The notes beneath the pieces are model-generated. The model was not told where the DNA came from and did no database searches. It saw only the letters and a program-made list of their open reading frames with translations. Positions 55,488-64,000 of a DNA stretch of 64,000 nucleotides are shown here, piece by piece. Positions within the stretch are counted from its first letter, which is position 1; each line of letters begins with the position of its first letter. Made by a program: the position numbers and the translations under genes. The DNA comes from Minisyncoccota bacterium. Its GTDB lineage: Bacteria > Patescibacteriota > Minisyncoccia > UBA6257 > GWB1-50-10. The DNA is taken from the NCBI GenBank assembly GCA_020059915.1, contig JAGVBB010000003.1:233625-297624 (forward strand), read 5' to 3'.

Positions 55488-58400
55488 TTATTTCTCCTTG
55501 AGAATAAACGATGGAGTTTCCTTTTGATCTTTGCTATATGTTGGCCACTCCTTCCAGTCATGGCGGTTACCAATAAGGCGATACGAAAATTCTGTCGGTT
55601 CATCTGCAAAGAATTTAATTGTTTTTCCGCTAATTATGTATCCCACACCAACCGTCGTCCCATACGGAGTTGTAATCGCTTGTACATTATCTTTTCCAAA
55701 ATCAACCGCCTGATACCAAAGCCACAAGTCGGAACCTCGTTCAATATTTGAGAAATCAATGACATATTGATACTCAGTTCCTCCAAATCCTAATTTCGAA
55801 CCTTGCCTACCGCCTGCCTGTCCGGTAGGCAGGGCAGACAGGTTTTGAATTTCTAAACAATTTTCTAAATCAGAATTCTCTAAACTATTTTGAGTTTTGA
55901 TATTTGAATTTTGGCATTGTTTAGAGTTTAGGGTTTCAGATTTAGAGTTTTGAAGAGTGAGTTGGCCTCGTCCAACGAACTCTTCTTTCACTCCTCCCGC
56001 AATTGAGGATGTATATGTTGCATATTTCTTTCCATCAATTTCATACAACGGGTCGATGGTCTGCACGGTAATTTTTCCAATAGAACCAATGTTTCCTCCA
56101 CTCAAAGTTATACTACTTGACGCATTCATCGTAAGATTTCCATTGATCGTCACCTGATTGTTAAACCATGATGTTCCTGATACATACAATCGATGAGTTC
56201 CTGGGTTTGTTGTGCCGACTGCAAGCTGTCCATTCATATAATTGATTCCCGTTCCATCAGATTGCACAGCACCAGCAAATTTTAATGATGTTCCCGTATT
56301 TGCAGGATCAATATAATAGGTGGGGTCGTTGTAGTCATAGTACTTGGTTGCACTGAGTGTATCAGTGAGTTGTCCCTGTCCAATAACATCAAGTTTGAGT
56401 GACGGACCTGCTCCACCAATGATTACTTTTCCTGTAGTGGCTGCAAGGGTTGAAGTACCCGATACATACATGGTGGCAAAGGATGCGGTTGAGGTTCCAC
56501 TTCCACCACTACCGAGAACAGAATCTACATATCCTTTTGTAGCAGCATGACCAGAATCACCTGGTGAACCAACAAAGATTGGATTTTCAAATTTAGCCGT
56601 TCCATTCACGTGAAGTAGATATGCGGGAGTGGTGGTACCGATACCGACATAACCACTTTCTCTAATGGACATTCTTTCTACTAAAGCTCCATCAACTATA
56701 GGATTTCTAACAAAAAACCCTAATCTTTGTTTATTGGTTATAGCATTGTTGTCTTCAATATTTATCCTTTTTATACCAACTGCATCAAAAAGATTAGTTG
56801 TAGCATTATAATAACCCCTAAATATAAGACCGCCATTTTCTCCACCAGTTGCATTTCGTTCTGAAAGATATATCTTTGCGGCATCGGCAGTTGCAGACGA
56901 AATTTCAAGTAACGATCCTGGATTTGTTGTTCCAATACCAACATTGCCATCCCCACTTATACTCATCGCATTCACCCAACTAAATGTCGATCCAGCAGTA
57001 CCGGTTGGTGCAACTTTGAAATCCATTGATCCAGCCGCATCTGAGTTCCAACCAATTCTCCCCGCACCACTAGCCAGAATGCGCTGCCACGCACCACCAC
57101 TATTAAAGAACGCATTGTTAACAATATAAGAATCTGCGGCAGAATCTCTTTGCATAATGTTAACAGGACCAAACATATTAAATTGATATCCTGCGTTTAC
57201 CGTTGAATAACCAGTTGAACCAACATGAAAACGTCCTTGTGGAGAAGCGTTCCCAATACCAGCGCGACCACTTGGAGTAACAGTAAATACCTCTCCACCG
57301 CCCGTTGAAGAATATGCGCGGATTAACAATGCTCCCGCATCACTTGAATAATTTTCTATATTTACAAGTTTTTGAGTTCCCACAGCTGTATTTTTTACTC
57401 TTAATAATTCATTTGTTGATGTGTCATATACTTCAAGTTTTGCGGCGGGGCTGGTTGCCCCAATACCAACCCTTCCATTGCCACCAGATGCGGAGAGAAA
57501 TGCAAAATTATTATTTGAATAAAAATTAGTAATAGCACTTGTTTGATCAATAGCAAATTGTCCAGTTCCATCTCCTATTGTAAAATCATTACCAGCATAG
57601 TTTGCTAGTGCTCCTATTTGTAATTTATTTGCGGGTGCCGTTGTCCCAATACCTACCCTCTCATTCGTCGCGTCAACTTTCAACACATTATTCGTACTTG
57701 CCGCTGCTTCAAATGTATAATTTCCTTTTCCTGCAGTGTATCCAAAGGTTCCTGCAGAGACATTACTTGCCCCCACATTTGTTGTCATTGTTCCCCCCGT
57801 TGTTATATTTCCCGAAACATACGCATTCCCCTGCACATGTAACGCCTGTGTCGGCGTTGATGTTCCAATCGCAACCCAATCGGTTGTGGTGGTGAGTGTC
57901 ACATAGGTCCCCGTTCGCGACCACCCCACAGAATTTCCCCCACCCCCCGCAGTTAACTGGATTGATCCATCAGGAAACTTGAACCCTCCTGTTGTTGACT
58001 CAACCACCCCCGCAACAGAAAGTTTTTGCGCTGGATTTGTAATACCTATCCCAACACTTCCATTAAAATATGATTTTGCAGAGCCAGTTGAATATACCGA
58101 ATAAAAATTATTTCCTCCATTATTTACATTAAGTTCAATACCAGAATTTGCTCCCGTTCCCGTTGATGTATTGGAAACCTTAATGCCAGATGTCTGCCAT
58201 GTTGGAGCACCACTTATATTGATATCAATTCCATAATTAATAACATCAGTTTGTGCATTTGTGGTAATTGCCAATTTTTGATTTGGATTTGTTATTCCAA
58301 TACCAACATTGCCCGTTGGGCTTATTGTCATTCTTTCTACTGGAATATCGTTTCCACTACCCGTTATACCAGTTCCTGATTTTGTAGCAAAAACAAGATA

Positions 58401-59504
58401 ATCCCGTTCGCTTCCAGCAGTATCATTTAATCTTGTACCAATCCATGCTTGTGGTGATCCATTGAATGTCGTTCCACCTTGATAATTTAATAAATGGTTG
58501 AATGCAATGCCTGAATAATAAGATCCGACTGTTGTGGACCTATCATGTAACGGGCCTAATTGTATGTTATATACATTTGAATTTATTGATATGTTTCCAG
58601 TACTCGGTCCCTCAATATGTGCACTTCCATTATATAAATGTAACTTTGCGCTTGGACTAGTTGTCCCAATGCCAACCTTTCCACCAGCCGGGTTTAATAA
58701 AAGTCCGTATTGAGTAGCGGATTGTAAGGTTGTATAACCAGTAGAACCATTATAAAGTTCAAGTGTTGCGTTGTAAGAATTTCCATTTGTCCCCCAACCA
58801 TTCCCTTGTCCAATTTTTCCACCATTCGATAACGCGATATCTCCAAAAACCTCCAATTTTTTACTTGGACTCATCACCCCAATTCCAACATTTCCCGCAA
58901 CATACAATCCGTTTGTTGGTAGCCTCGCAATTGAGGAGGTTCCCACACCAAGTGCGCTTGGAAATGCATAGTTCGTTGATTGGAACGCTCCCCCTGTGAT
59001 ACTCGACGGAGAGAGTTGCCCAACAAACGCCGCCTCGGTTTGTATACTTCCCCCAACATGCAAAGTTGAACTTGCTATCCCCACAGGACCAATACCAATG
59101 TTTCCATTTGGTTCAACAAAAAAACGTAATGCACCAGCAGAAAGTGCTGTTTCATCCCATAACGCCAACCGTCCATTTGGACGAGAATACCACACATATG
59201 TGTGTCCCCCCGTGGTAAGGTTCTTAAGTGCAATACCAGGATCAGATGTTGAAGCAACAGTAAATATTTTTCCAAAGCGCGCATTTGTCGGATCTCCCGT
59301 TGGTGTTGCCAAACTAGTTCCAAAACCAATGTTTCCACTCGCATCAAGCTGTAACACACCACCCCCCTGTCCCGCAGGAAGTGCCGGACCAGTGAACGCA
59401 AAAACAAAACCACCAGCAAACAAACTTGAAGCAAGTGTAAAAACTGTTATTCCAATAATTATGCGTGAGTACTTCAAAATAGTAGTGTAAAGTTCAAACT
59501 TCAA
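55488..59504 (-). CDS. giant secreted tail-fibre-like repeat protein (1338 aa) with an in-frame repeat-element insertion in its C-terminal domain
   Basis: Signal peptide and at least 20 repeats of the G.VGIGTT.P..KL.V type (NVGIGVMSPSKKLEVFG, KVGIGTTSPSAKLHLYNG, RVGIGATSPAAKLEVYD ...). The C-terminal domain is homologous to that of 50648..51889 but interrupted by 55 aa encoded by the repeat element. Confidence 0.75.
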   Translation of the reverse strand: MKFELYTTILKYSRIIIGITVFTLASSLFAGGFVFAFTGPALPAGQGGGVLQLDASGNIGFGTSLATPTGDPTNARFGKIFTVASTSDPGIALKNLTTGGHTYVWYSRPNGRLALWDETALSAGALRFFVEPNGNIGIGPVGIASSTLHVGGSIQTEAAFVGQLSPSSITGGAFQSTNYAFPSALGVGTSSIARLPTNGLYVAGNVGIGVMSPSKKLEVFGDIALSNGGKIGQGNGWGTNGNSYNATLELYNGSTGYTTLQSATQYGLLLNPAGGKVGIGTTSPSAKLHLYNGSAHIEGPSTGNISINSNVYNIQLGPLHDRSTTVGSYYSGIAFNHLLNYQGGTTFNGSPQAWIGTRLNDTAGSERDYLVFATKSGTGITGSGNDIPVERMTISPTGNVGIGITNPNQKLAITTNAQTDVINYGIDINISGAPTWQTSGIKVSNTSTGTGANSGIELNVNNGGNNFYSVYSTGSAKSYFNGSVGIGITNPAQKLSVAGVVESTTGGFKFPDGSIQLTAGGGGNSVGWSRTGTYVTLTTTTDWVAIGTSTPTQALHVQGNAYVSGNITTGGTMTTNVGASNVSAGTFGYTAGKGNYTFEAAASTNNVLKVDATNERVGIGTTAPANKLQIGALANYAGNDFTIGDGTGQFAIDQTSAITNFYSNNNFAFLSASGGNGRVGIGATSPAAKLEVYDTSTNELLRVKNTAVGTQKLVNIENYSSDAGALLIRAYSSTGGGEVFTVTPSGRAGIGNASPQGRFHVGSTGYSTVNAGYQFNMFGPVNIMQRDSAADSYIVNNAFFNSGGAWQRILASGAGRIGWNSDAAGSMDFKVAPTGTAGSTFSWVNAMSISGDGNVGIGTTNPGSLLEISSATADAAKIYLSERNATGGENGGLIFRGYYNATTNLFDAVGIKRINIEDNNAITNKQRLGFFVRNPIVDGALVERMSIRESGYVGIGTTTPAYLLHVNGTAKFENPIFVGSPGDSGHAATKGYVDSVLGSGGSGTSTASFATMYVSGTSTLAATTGKVIIGGAGPSLKLDVIGQGQLTDTLSATKYYDYNDPTYYIDPANTGTSLKFAGAVQSDGTGINYMNGQLAVGTTNPGTHRLYVSGTSWFNNQVTINGNLTMNASSSITLSGGNIGSIGKITVQTIDPLYEIDGKKYATYTSSIAGGVKEEFVGRGQLTLQNSKSETLNSKQCQNSNIKTQNSLENSDLENCLEIQNLSALPTGQAGGRQGSKLGFGGTEYQYVIDFSNIERGSDLWLWYQAVDFGKDNVQAITTPYGTTVGVGYIISGKTIKFFADEPTEFSYRLIGNRHDWKEWPTYSKDQKETPSFILKEK
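55788..55952. repeat. palindromic IVS-like repeat element, copy 5, inserted in-frame within the 55488..59504 CDS
   Basis: Core CCTGCCTGTCCGGTAGGCAGG at 55812-55832 plus the long palindrome. The 165-nt insertion encodes QNSKSETLNSKQCQNSNIKTQNSLENSDLENCLEIQNLSALPTGQAGGRQGSKLGF between conserved domain residues. Confidence 0.75.
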
Positions 59505-59606
59505 AGTGCAAAATTGTATCTAAAAACCTTTAAACCTTTTAATTTCAGCTTTGCGTTTTGAGATTTGCTCTTTGATTTTTTTTACTAGACTCCTCCTTAT
59601 TTCATT

Positions 59607-59640
59607 ATACCAAAAAACCGCCCACAGGCGGTTTTCAATT
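59607..59640 (-). terminator. terminator CCGCC-CACA-GGCGG plus U-run
   Basis: 3' of the 59706..60299 gene. Confidence 0.6.
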
Positions 59641-59705
59641 TTAATTTATAAATTTCAAATCTCTATTACTCCGACATCTAGCCCCTAACCCCCAATCACT
59701 ATCCC

Positions 59706-60299
59706 CTATTTTTGATTCACAATAAGCGTTCCCGTCACCTCTTTCCCACAAATATCTTTACAATAGAATCCATATTTTCCAAACGGATATCCTTGGAATT
59801 GAATCTTCATTGATGTCCCCTTCTCAATGGTTCGGTACACCCCAAAATCAGGGAAGAACACATTGTATTTGGCATCCACTGCAGTGAAGTTGATGTCAAT
59901 CACATCTCCCTCATTCACCACCAAGGTTGATGGAACATATTTCCCTCCCTCACCCTTCATTTCAAATTGTCTGAATGCACTTGGTCCAGTTTCCAAAACA
60001 TTTGTTGGTACTGCAACATCTGTTGGTGTTGATGACGCGCCAACCTCAGGTGTCTTTATGGTTTCATCAACAACAATACGAGTCCCCCCCTCAACGGTGG
60101 GAAGTGCATTCTCCTGTTCTGGACGAAACGTGTCGGTCCCTGGAGTATTCACTCCTGATGTGGTTGTCGTACTGATTGAAACCTCTGGCATCGTGCTCTT
60201 CTTTCCAAACCATCCCTGACTCGAACCTATTGAAAGAATAGCGACAAGCACCACAACAACCGCGACCCCGATGATAACTTTTGTTTGTTTTTGATCCAT
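59706..60299 (-). CDS. membrane-anchored cupredoxin-fold paralog with degenerate metal site (CKDICG, no His/Met ligands)
   Basis: Same architecture as 52101 and 54470 (TM, Pro/Thr-rich linker, beta-sandwich), but the site reads ...YNVFF...FYCKDICGKEVTGTLIV. Confidence 0.6.
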   Translation of the reverse strand: MDQKQTKVIIGVAVVVVLVAILSIGSSQGWFGKKSTMPEVSISTTTTSGVNTPGTDTFRPEQENALPTVEGGTRIVVDETIKTPEVGASSTPTDVAVPTNVLETGPSAFRQFEMKGEGGKYVPSTLVVNEGDVIDINFTAVDAKYNVFFPDFGVYRTIEKGTSMKIQFQGYPFGKYGFYCKDICGKEVTGTLIVNQK

Positions 60300-60406
60300 G
60301 GCTCTTATATATAGTATAACACGTTAGAATTACAAAATTTCGAATTTCAAGTTTCAAATTAAGGACCCAATTCTCCCATTTGAAATTTGTAAATTATAAA
60401 TTGAAA

Positions 60407-60931
60407 TTACCTTGGTAGTACAATAAACTTCCCGCTTATCTTTTCCCCATTGGGACATTTGTCACGACATTCAAACAAGAACGTTCCCACAGTATCAGGA
60501 ATGAACGTTATCTGTTTTGTTTCTCCTTGTCCGACAAGCGCATAGGTTCCGTATTGCGGAATTGAAAAATCATACTCTCCATCAACTCCCGTTACTTTTA
60601 CTTTCACAAAATCATCTTTTTTTACCGTAAGATTGGTTTCCGAAAATCCATTTTTTGAGATTTGTATCTCATAGACTCCAAATGAACTATTTGATCCGCC
60701 AACAGCATATGTTACTTCTGGTTTTGTTGGTGTGGCATTTTCCGGAACGTCTGGAACAAATTCAACGCGTTGTGTTCCTGTTGCAGAAACATCGTTTGGA
60801 ACTTTTTCATTTTGTATCGGTTCATTGGTTACTTCCTTTTGTTGTGTCACCCCAAAAATTACCACCACAATCACAAATACAACTAATGCTCCAAGAATCA
60901 ACCATTGTTTTTTTGTCATCTGCATTTCCAT
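60407..60931 (-). CDS. membrane-anchored cupredoxin-fold paralog with degenerate metal site (CRDKCPNG)
   Basis: TM, linker, beta-sandwich ending FLFECRDKCPNGEKISGKFIVLPR. Confidence 0.6.
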   Translation of the reverse strand: MEMQMTKKQWLILGALVVFVIVVVIFGVTQQKEVTNEPIQNEKVPNDVSATGTQRVEFVPDVPENATPTKPEVTYAVGGSNSSFGVYEIQISKNGFSETNLTVKKDDFVKVKVTGVDGEYDFSIPQYGTYALVGQGETKQITFIPDTVGTFLFECRDKCPNGEKISGKFIVLPR

Positions 60932-60965
60932 ATATTCATTATATCAATATTATAAAAATCGAGCG

Positions 60966-61154
60966 TTATAAAACGCTCGATAATATAAACCAGATCACTG
61001 ACGCAAAAAATCCGAAAGTTCCAATAATGGTGAGGACCAACCATATTGCAGTGTTTCTTTTTGGGTTTTCAGAAAACAACATAAGAAGTAGAAAAGAGAC
61101 ACCAGCAAGGACAATTGAAACTATGATGAAAATTATTGGTAATGAAATGTACAT
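60966..61154 (-). CDS. small two-helix membrane protein
   Basis: 62 aa, hydrophobic. Confidence 0.35.
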   Translation of the reverse strand: MYISLPIIFIIVSIVLAGVSFLLLMLFSENPKRNTAIWLVLTIIGTFGFFASVIWFILSSVL

Positions 61155-61162
61155 GCACCCCC

Positions 61163-61375
61163 CTATCTTTCAAATGTTGAAGAAAAAAAATAAAGAAGCA
61201 TCCACAAAAACGAGAGGGCAACAGCACACCCACCAAGAAACACATAATGACAACCGCGCCGTGATTTTTTTTCTGATGAGAAAAAAGTTACTCTAGTTAT
61301 GATTACAATTTCTATAACAAGTGTAACAAGAAATACAAAAACACATAACGGCATTGAAGAGCCAAATAGTTCCAT
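61163..61375 (-). CDS. small membrane protein
   Basis: 70 aa, hydrophobic with a CHYVFLGGC motif. Confidence 0.35.
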   Translation of the reverse strand: MELFGSSMPLCVFVFLVTLVIEIVIITRVTFFSSEKKSRRGCHYVFLGGCAVALSFLWMLLYFFSSTFER

Positions 61376-61492
61376 AAAACCTCCTATTACATAGTAAATA
61401 TTCTACCCATATTAAACCACATACAAAAAGATTTTACAAGAATAAAATTTAGTGATAGGATACCATTAATTTGAACATTAACAGGAGTATAT

Positions 61493-61804
61493 ATGGATTT
61501 AGGAGTATATTTGCTCATACTAAATTTCGTTGGAATTATTAGTGCAATATCATTCTCCCAAAAAACGAAATTAATTGGATTCCACTATTTTTTTATGTCA
61601 CTACTTAGGGGTCTCTTTGCGGGCGCGGTTGGTATATGGACCGCAATCATCCTCTATTGGTATTTTGGGCTCCCAAAACAAGATGGATTTTTTTATGGAT
61701 TACTTTTTATCCAACTTGGAATACTTCATACCGGTTTTTGTCTTTTGAATCGTCTTATACATTTTCCACATAATTCTCCACCAAATAACAGATTAAAATT
61801 TTAA
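61493..61804 (+). CDS. small multi-pass membrane protein
   Basis: 103 aa with three hydrophobic helices, followed by the bidirectional terminator CCCGCC-GAT-GGCGGG at 61805-61825. Confidence 0.45.
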   Translation: MDLGVYLLILNFVGIISAISFSQKTKLIGFHYFFMSLLRGLFAGAVGIWTAIILYWYFGLPKQDGFFYGLLFIQLGILHTGFCLLNRLIHFPHNSPPNNRLKF

Positions 61805-61829
61805 TCCCGCCGATGGCGGGATTTTTCTA

Positions 61830-62141
61830 CTATACTTTTTTAACTTTTACTTCAGTGAATGGTTGTCGGTGTCCTTTTAATTTTCGGTACCGTGTTTTTG
61901 AATGGTATCGGAAAACAATTTTTTTATCTGCCTTCCCCGCATCAACAACCTCTGCCTCTATTGCAGCGTCTTTGATATATGGGGTTCCAATTTCTACTGT
62001 ATCTCCATCAGCAATAAGTAGCACCTTATCAAGTGAGAGCTTTTCACCTTTTTGTGTATCAAGCTTCTCCACTTTTACCTTGGTTCCAAGTTCTACTTTG
62101 TATTGTTTTCCACCTGTTTCTATAATTGCAAACTTTGACAT
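61830..62141 (-). CDS. rplU: 50S ribosomal protein L21 (bL21)
   Basis: MSKFAIIETGGKQYKVELGTKVKVEKL...KVLLIADG...KIVFRYHSKTRYRKLKGHRQPFTEVKV is a clear bL21 signature; the ORF track start 62171 is an upstream in-frame extension. Confidence 0.85.
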   Translation of the reverse strand: MSKFAIIETGGKQYKVELGTKVKVEKLDTQKGEKLSLDKVLLIADGDTVEIGTPYIKDAAIEAEVVDAGKADKKIVFRYHSKTRYRKLKGHRQPFTEVKVKKV

Positions 62142-62337
62142 AACACATATGATGGTACCGAAAGTCTTCATCTATGTCAAATATAATTTTCAAACCTCCA
62201 ATTACCAATTTTCATTGAATTTTCAAGAACCAATGATTTAAACTGTTTGATTATTGAGTCATTGAATATTGGTTGGAAATTGTAAAATTGAATATTGTAA
62301 ATTAAAAAACCGCCCCGAAGGGCAGTTTTTTTGTTTG

Positions 62338-63015
62338 TTATTCTACGTGCTCGCGCAACTTTGAAATAAGTGACGCAGCATACTCCTTCCCACCCAATCC
62401 AAATGCGATACCACCAGCAATTGCAATCATTGCAACAAACCCTGTTACTAATGACTGAATAATCGCTACTGCGATACCGAGTTGAGTGAGCGCGGTCAAA
62501 AGACCAAATATAATCACTGCCCACCAAGTAAGTGATGAAAGGAAATTCGATGCATGTAACTTTGCTCCCTTTACTGACGCTGTTACGAGTTTCTTCAAAA
62601 CGTTTGCAATCACTACGGTTGCAAGCATGATGAGAACCGCGACAATGACGTTAGGAACGTATAAAAGCGTCTCACGAAGGAAGTTCGAAAGCGAGTAAAA
62701 TCCGAGAATATCGGTTGCTGCGAGGAGGAAAACCACCACGAGGAACCAATACACCAGCTTACCAAAGAACTTTCCACTGTTAATGTGCAAACCTGCACGG
62801 CCGAAGTATTCCTCCAAGCCCAAACTCTTCAACGCTTTGTCGAGTTTTACTAGGTTCACCACACGCTCAACGAGCGCACCAAGTCCGCCAGCAACAATAA
62901 GACCAATCAAGAGAACGATTAACGCCCCCAAGATGTTTGCAAGCACGGAGATTGATCCACTCCAAAGGTTCTGCAACGAATTCACCACCACTGCTGTCCA
63001 ATCTTGAACTACCAT
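62338..63015 (-). CDS. membrane protein of the conserved TM-helix repeat family (MscS-associated type)
   Basis: Repeated amphipathic TM units, with IVAGGLGALVERVVNLVKLDKALKSLGLEEYF resembling PF05552. Confidence 0.5.
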   Translation of the reverse strand: MVVQDWTAVVVNSLQNLWSGSISVLANILGALIVLLIGLIVAGGLGALVERVVNLVKLDKALKSLGLEEYFGRAGLHINSGKFFGKLVYWFLVVVFLLAATDILGFYSLSNFLRETLLYVPNVIVAVLIMLATVVIANVLKKLVTASVKGAKLHASNFLSSLTWWAVIIFGLLTALTQLGIAVAIIQSLVTGFVAMIAIAGGIAFGLGGKEYAASLISKLREHVE

Positions 63016-63087
63016 AAATATAATGTGTTGAATGCGTATATCTTTCTTTCGACCTTTCTTGGTATTATTATATCAGTTTTATACTAT

Positions 63088-63789
63088 ATGACCATACGCG
63101 CACTTCTCCATCTTCACGCATCAGATGACCAAAAAGATTTTATACCCTTTTCCTTTGAACGGGCACTTCAAGAAGCGCAAAATCAGCATATTAATGCTAT
63201 AGCACTTACCTGCCATGATTTATTTACCGAAAAAGAAAAATACTCTGAACTTGCACAAACATATGGAATATTATTTATATCCGGTATTGAAAAAATAATA
63301 GAAGGAAAAGATGTAGTTATTCTTAATGGTGACGCACTAGTGATGGATATAAAAACATTTGAGGATTTACGTACATATAAAAGAACGCACCCTAACTGCT
63401 TCATTGTCGCACCACACCCGTACTTCCCTGGTGGTTATTCACTCAAACACAAACTAGAAGAATACAAAGATTGTTTTGACGCTATTGAACTCTCTTGGTT
63501 CTATTCAAAATCGATTGATTTCAATAAAAAAGCAAAACTATTTGCCGAACAACATAGTATCCCCTATATTGCAACACCGGATGCACACCGCATACAACAA
63601 TTATGCGCCGGATATATTATTGCAGAAGCATTTGAGTTTTCGGAACTTGGATTATTTGACGCAATAAAAAAACAAAAATATAAAAATGTAACTGAACCTA
63701 AAAAACTGTATCAACTTATTTCTTATTGGATTATCTTTTTATTTTCACAAATCGGAAAACATAAGAAAACAAGAAAAACACTTTCTTAA
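63088..63789 (+). CDS. PHP (polymerase/histidinol-phosphatase) domain metallophosphoesterase
   Basis: LHLHASDD, ALTCHD and TPDAHR motifs form the PHP metal-site signature; the probable start is MTIRALLHLH at about 63088. Confidence 0.6.
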   Translation: MTIRALLHLHASDDQKDFIPFSFERALQEAQNQHINAIALTCHDLFTEKEKYSELAQTYGILFISGIEKIIEGKDVVILNGDALVMDIKTFEDLRTYKRTHPNCFIVAPHPYFPGGYSLKHKLEEYKDCFDAIELSWFYSKSIDFNKKAKLFAEQHSIPYIATPDAHRIQQLCAGYIIAEAFEFSELGLFDAIKKQKYKNVTEPKKLYQLISYWIIFLFSQIGKHKKTRKTLS

Positions 63790-63790
63790 T

Positions 63791-63830
63791 AAAAAATCCG
63801 CCAGTTCATAGACTGGCGGATTTTTTATTT
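63791..63830. terminator. bidirectional terminator hairpin TCCGCCAG-TTCATAGA-CTGGCGGA with flanking A/T runs
   Basis: Lies between convergent PHP (+) and TrkA-like (-) genes; same hairpin family as at 459, 13437 and 17050. Confidence 0.7.
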
Positions 63831-63839
63831 TCCAGAAAT

Positions 63840-64000
63840 TCCCCTTACCAATTCCAGATCCCTTGCTTTTAGCTGTGACAAAACTTTCATCTCTGGATCT
63901 ATCGCTATTGTTTTTCCAAAATACTGCCCCGCAGTGAAATGAGGGACAAGCACATAGTCGGCCCCCGCATGATAGAGGTGGAGCATCTCATGGTCGGTTT
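63840..64000 (-). CDS. partial CDS (C-terminal end only): TrkA-N / NAD-binding potassium-transport-type domain protein
   Basis: Minus-strand frame reads ...TDHEMLHLYHAGADYVLVPHFTAGQYFGKTIAIDPEMKVLSQLKARDLELVRGISGK-stop, with stop at 63840. Confidence 0.45.

Noticed and set aside
62177-62527. 116-aa minus-strand ORF overlapping the end of the TM-helix family gene and the rplU upstream region
   Set aside because: It overlaps 62338..63015 in another frame and spans a terminator hairpin at about 62300-62335, making it implausible as a gene.

Overview
AT-rich bacterial chromosome segment, almost entirely coding on the minus strand, with strong rho-independent terminators. Gene content is compatible with a small-genome CPR/Patescibacteria-like organism; that assignment is an inference. 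The left ~32 kb is housekeeping: secD-secF with queA-tgt, an M23 peptidase, FKBP, nfo, uvrC/uvrA/uvrB, tdk, a patatin, ppsA, glycerate kinase and a 2-hydroxyacid dehydrogenase, plus two Fn3-rich surface proteins. The right ~30 kb is a cell-surface accessory region. It holds three tandem paralogous giant secreted proteins (1122/1221/1399 aa) combining tail-fibre-like beta-helix repeats, a two-Cys ~45-aa tandem repeat and Fn3 modules, with either an ALK/LTK-type glycine-rich domain or a fibrinogen-related domain plus discoidin-like domain. Further members are a MopE-like Cys/Asp-repeat protein, two more tail-fibre-repeat proteins (one 1338 aa), and four paralogous membrane-anchored cupredoxin-like proteins, two with an intact type-1 copper ligand set and two with a degenerate CxxxCG site. 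There is also an extracytoplasmic thiol-disulfide module (thioredoxin-like CPHC protein plus CcdA). The most unusual feature is a family of ~150-bp nested-palindrome elements with a GC-rich core hairpin CCTGCCTGTCCGGTAGGCAGG. Copies lie immediately upstream of several surface genes next to extended -10 promoters; one copy is split by, and so carries, a four-helix-bundle (23S-rRNA IVS protein / DGR Avd-like) gene. Another copy is inserted in-frame in the 1338-aa gene, and a core fragment flanked by 13-nt direct repeats is in-frame in uvrC. No rRNA, tRNA or CRISPR was recognised, and no reverse transcriptase is present in the window.
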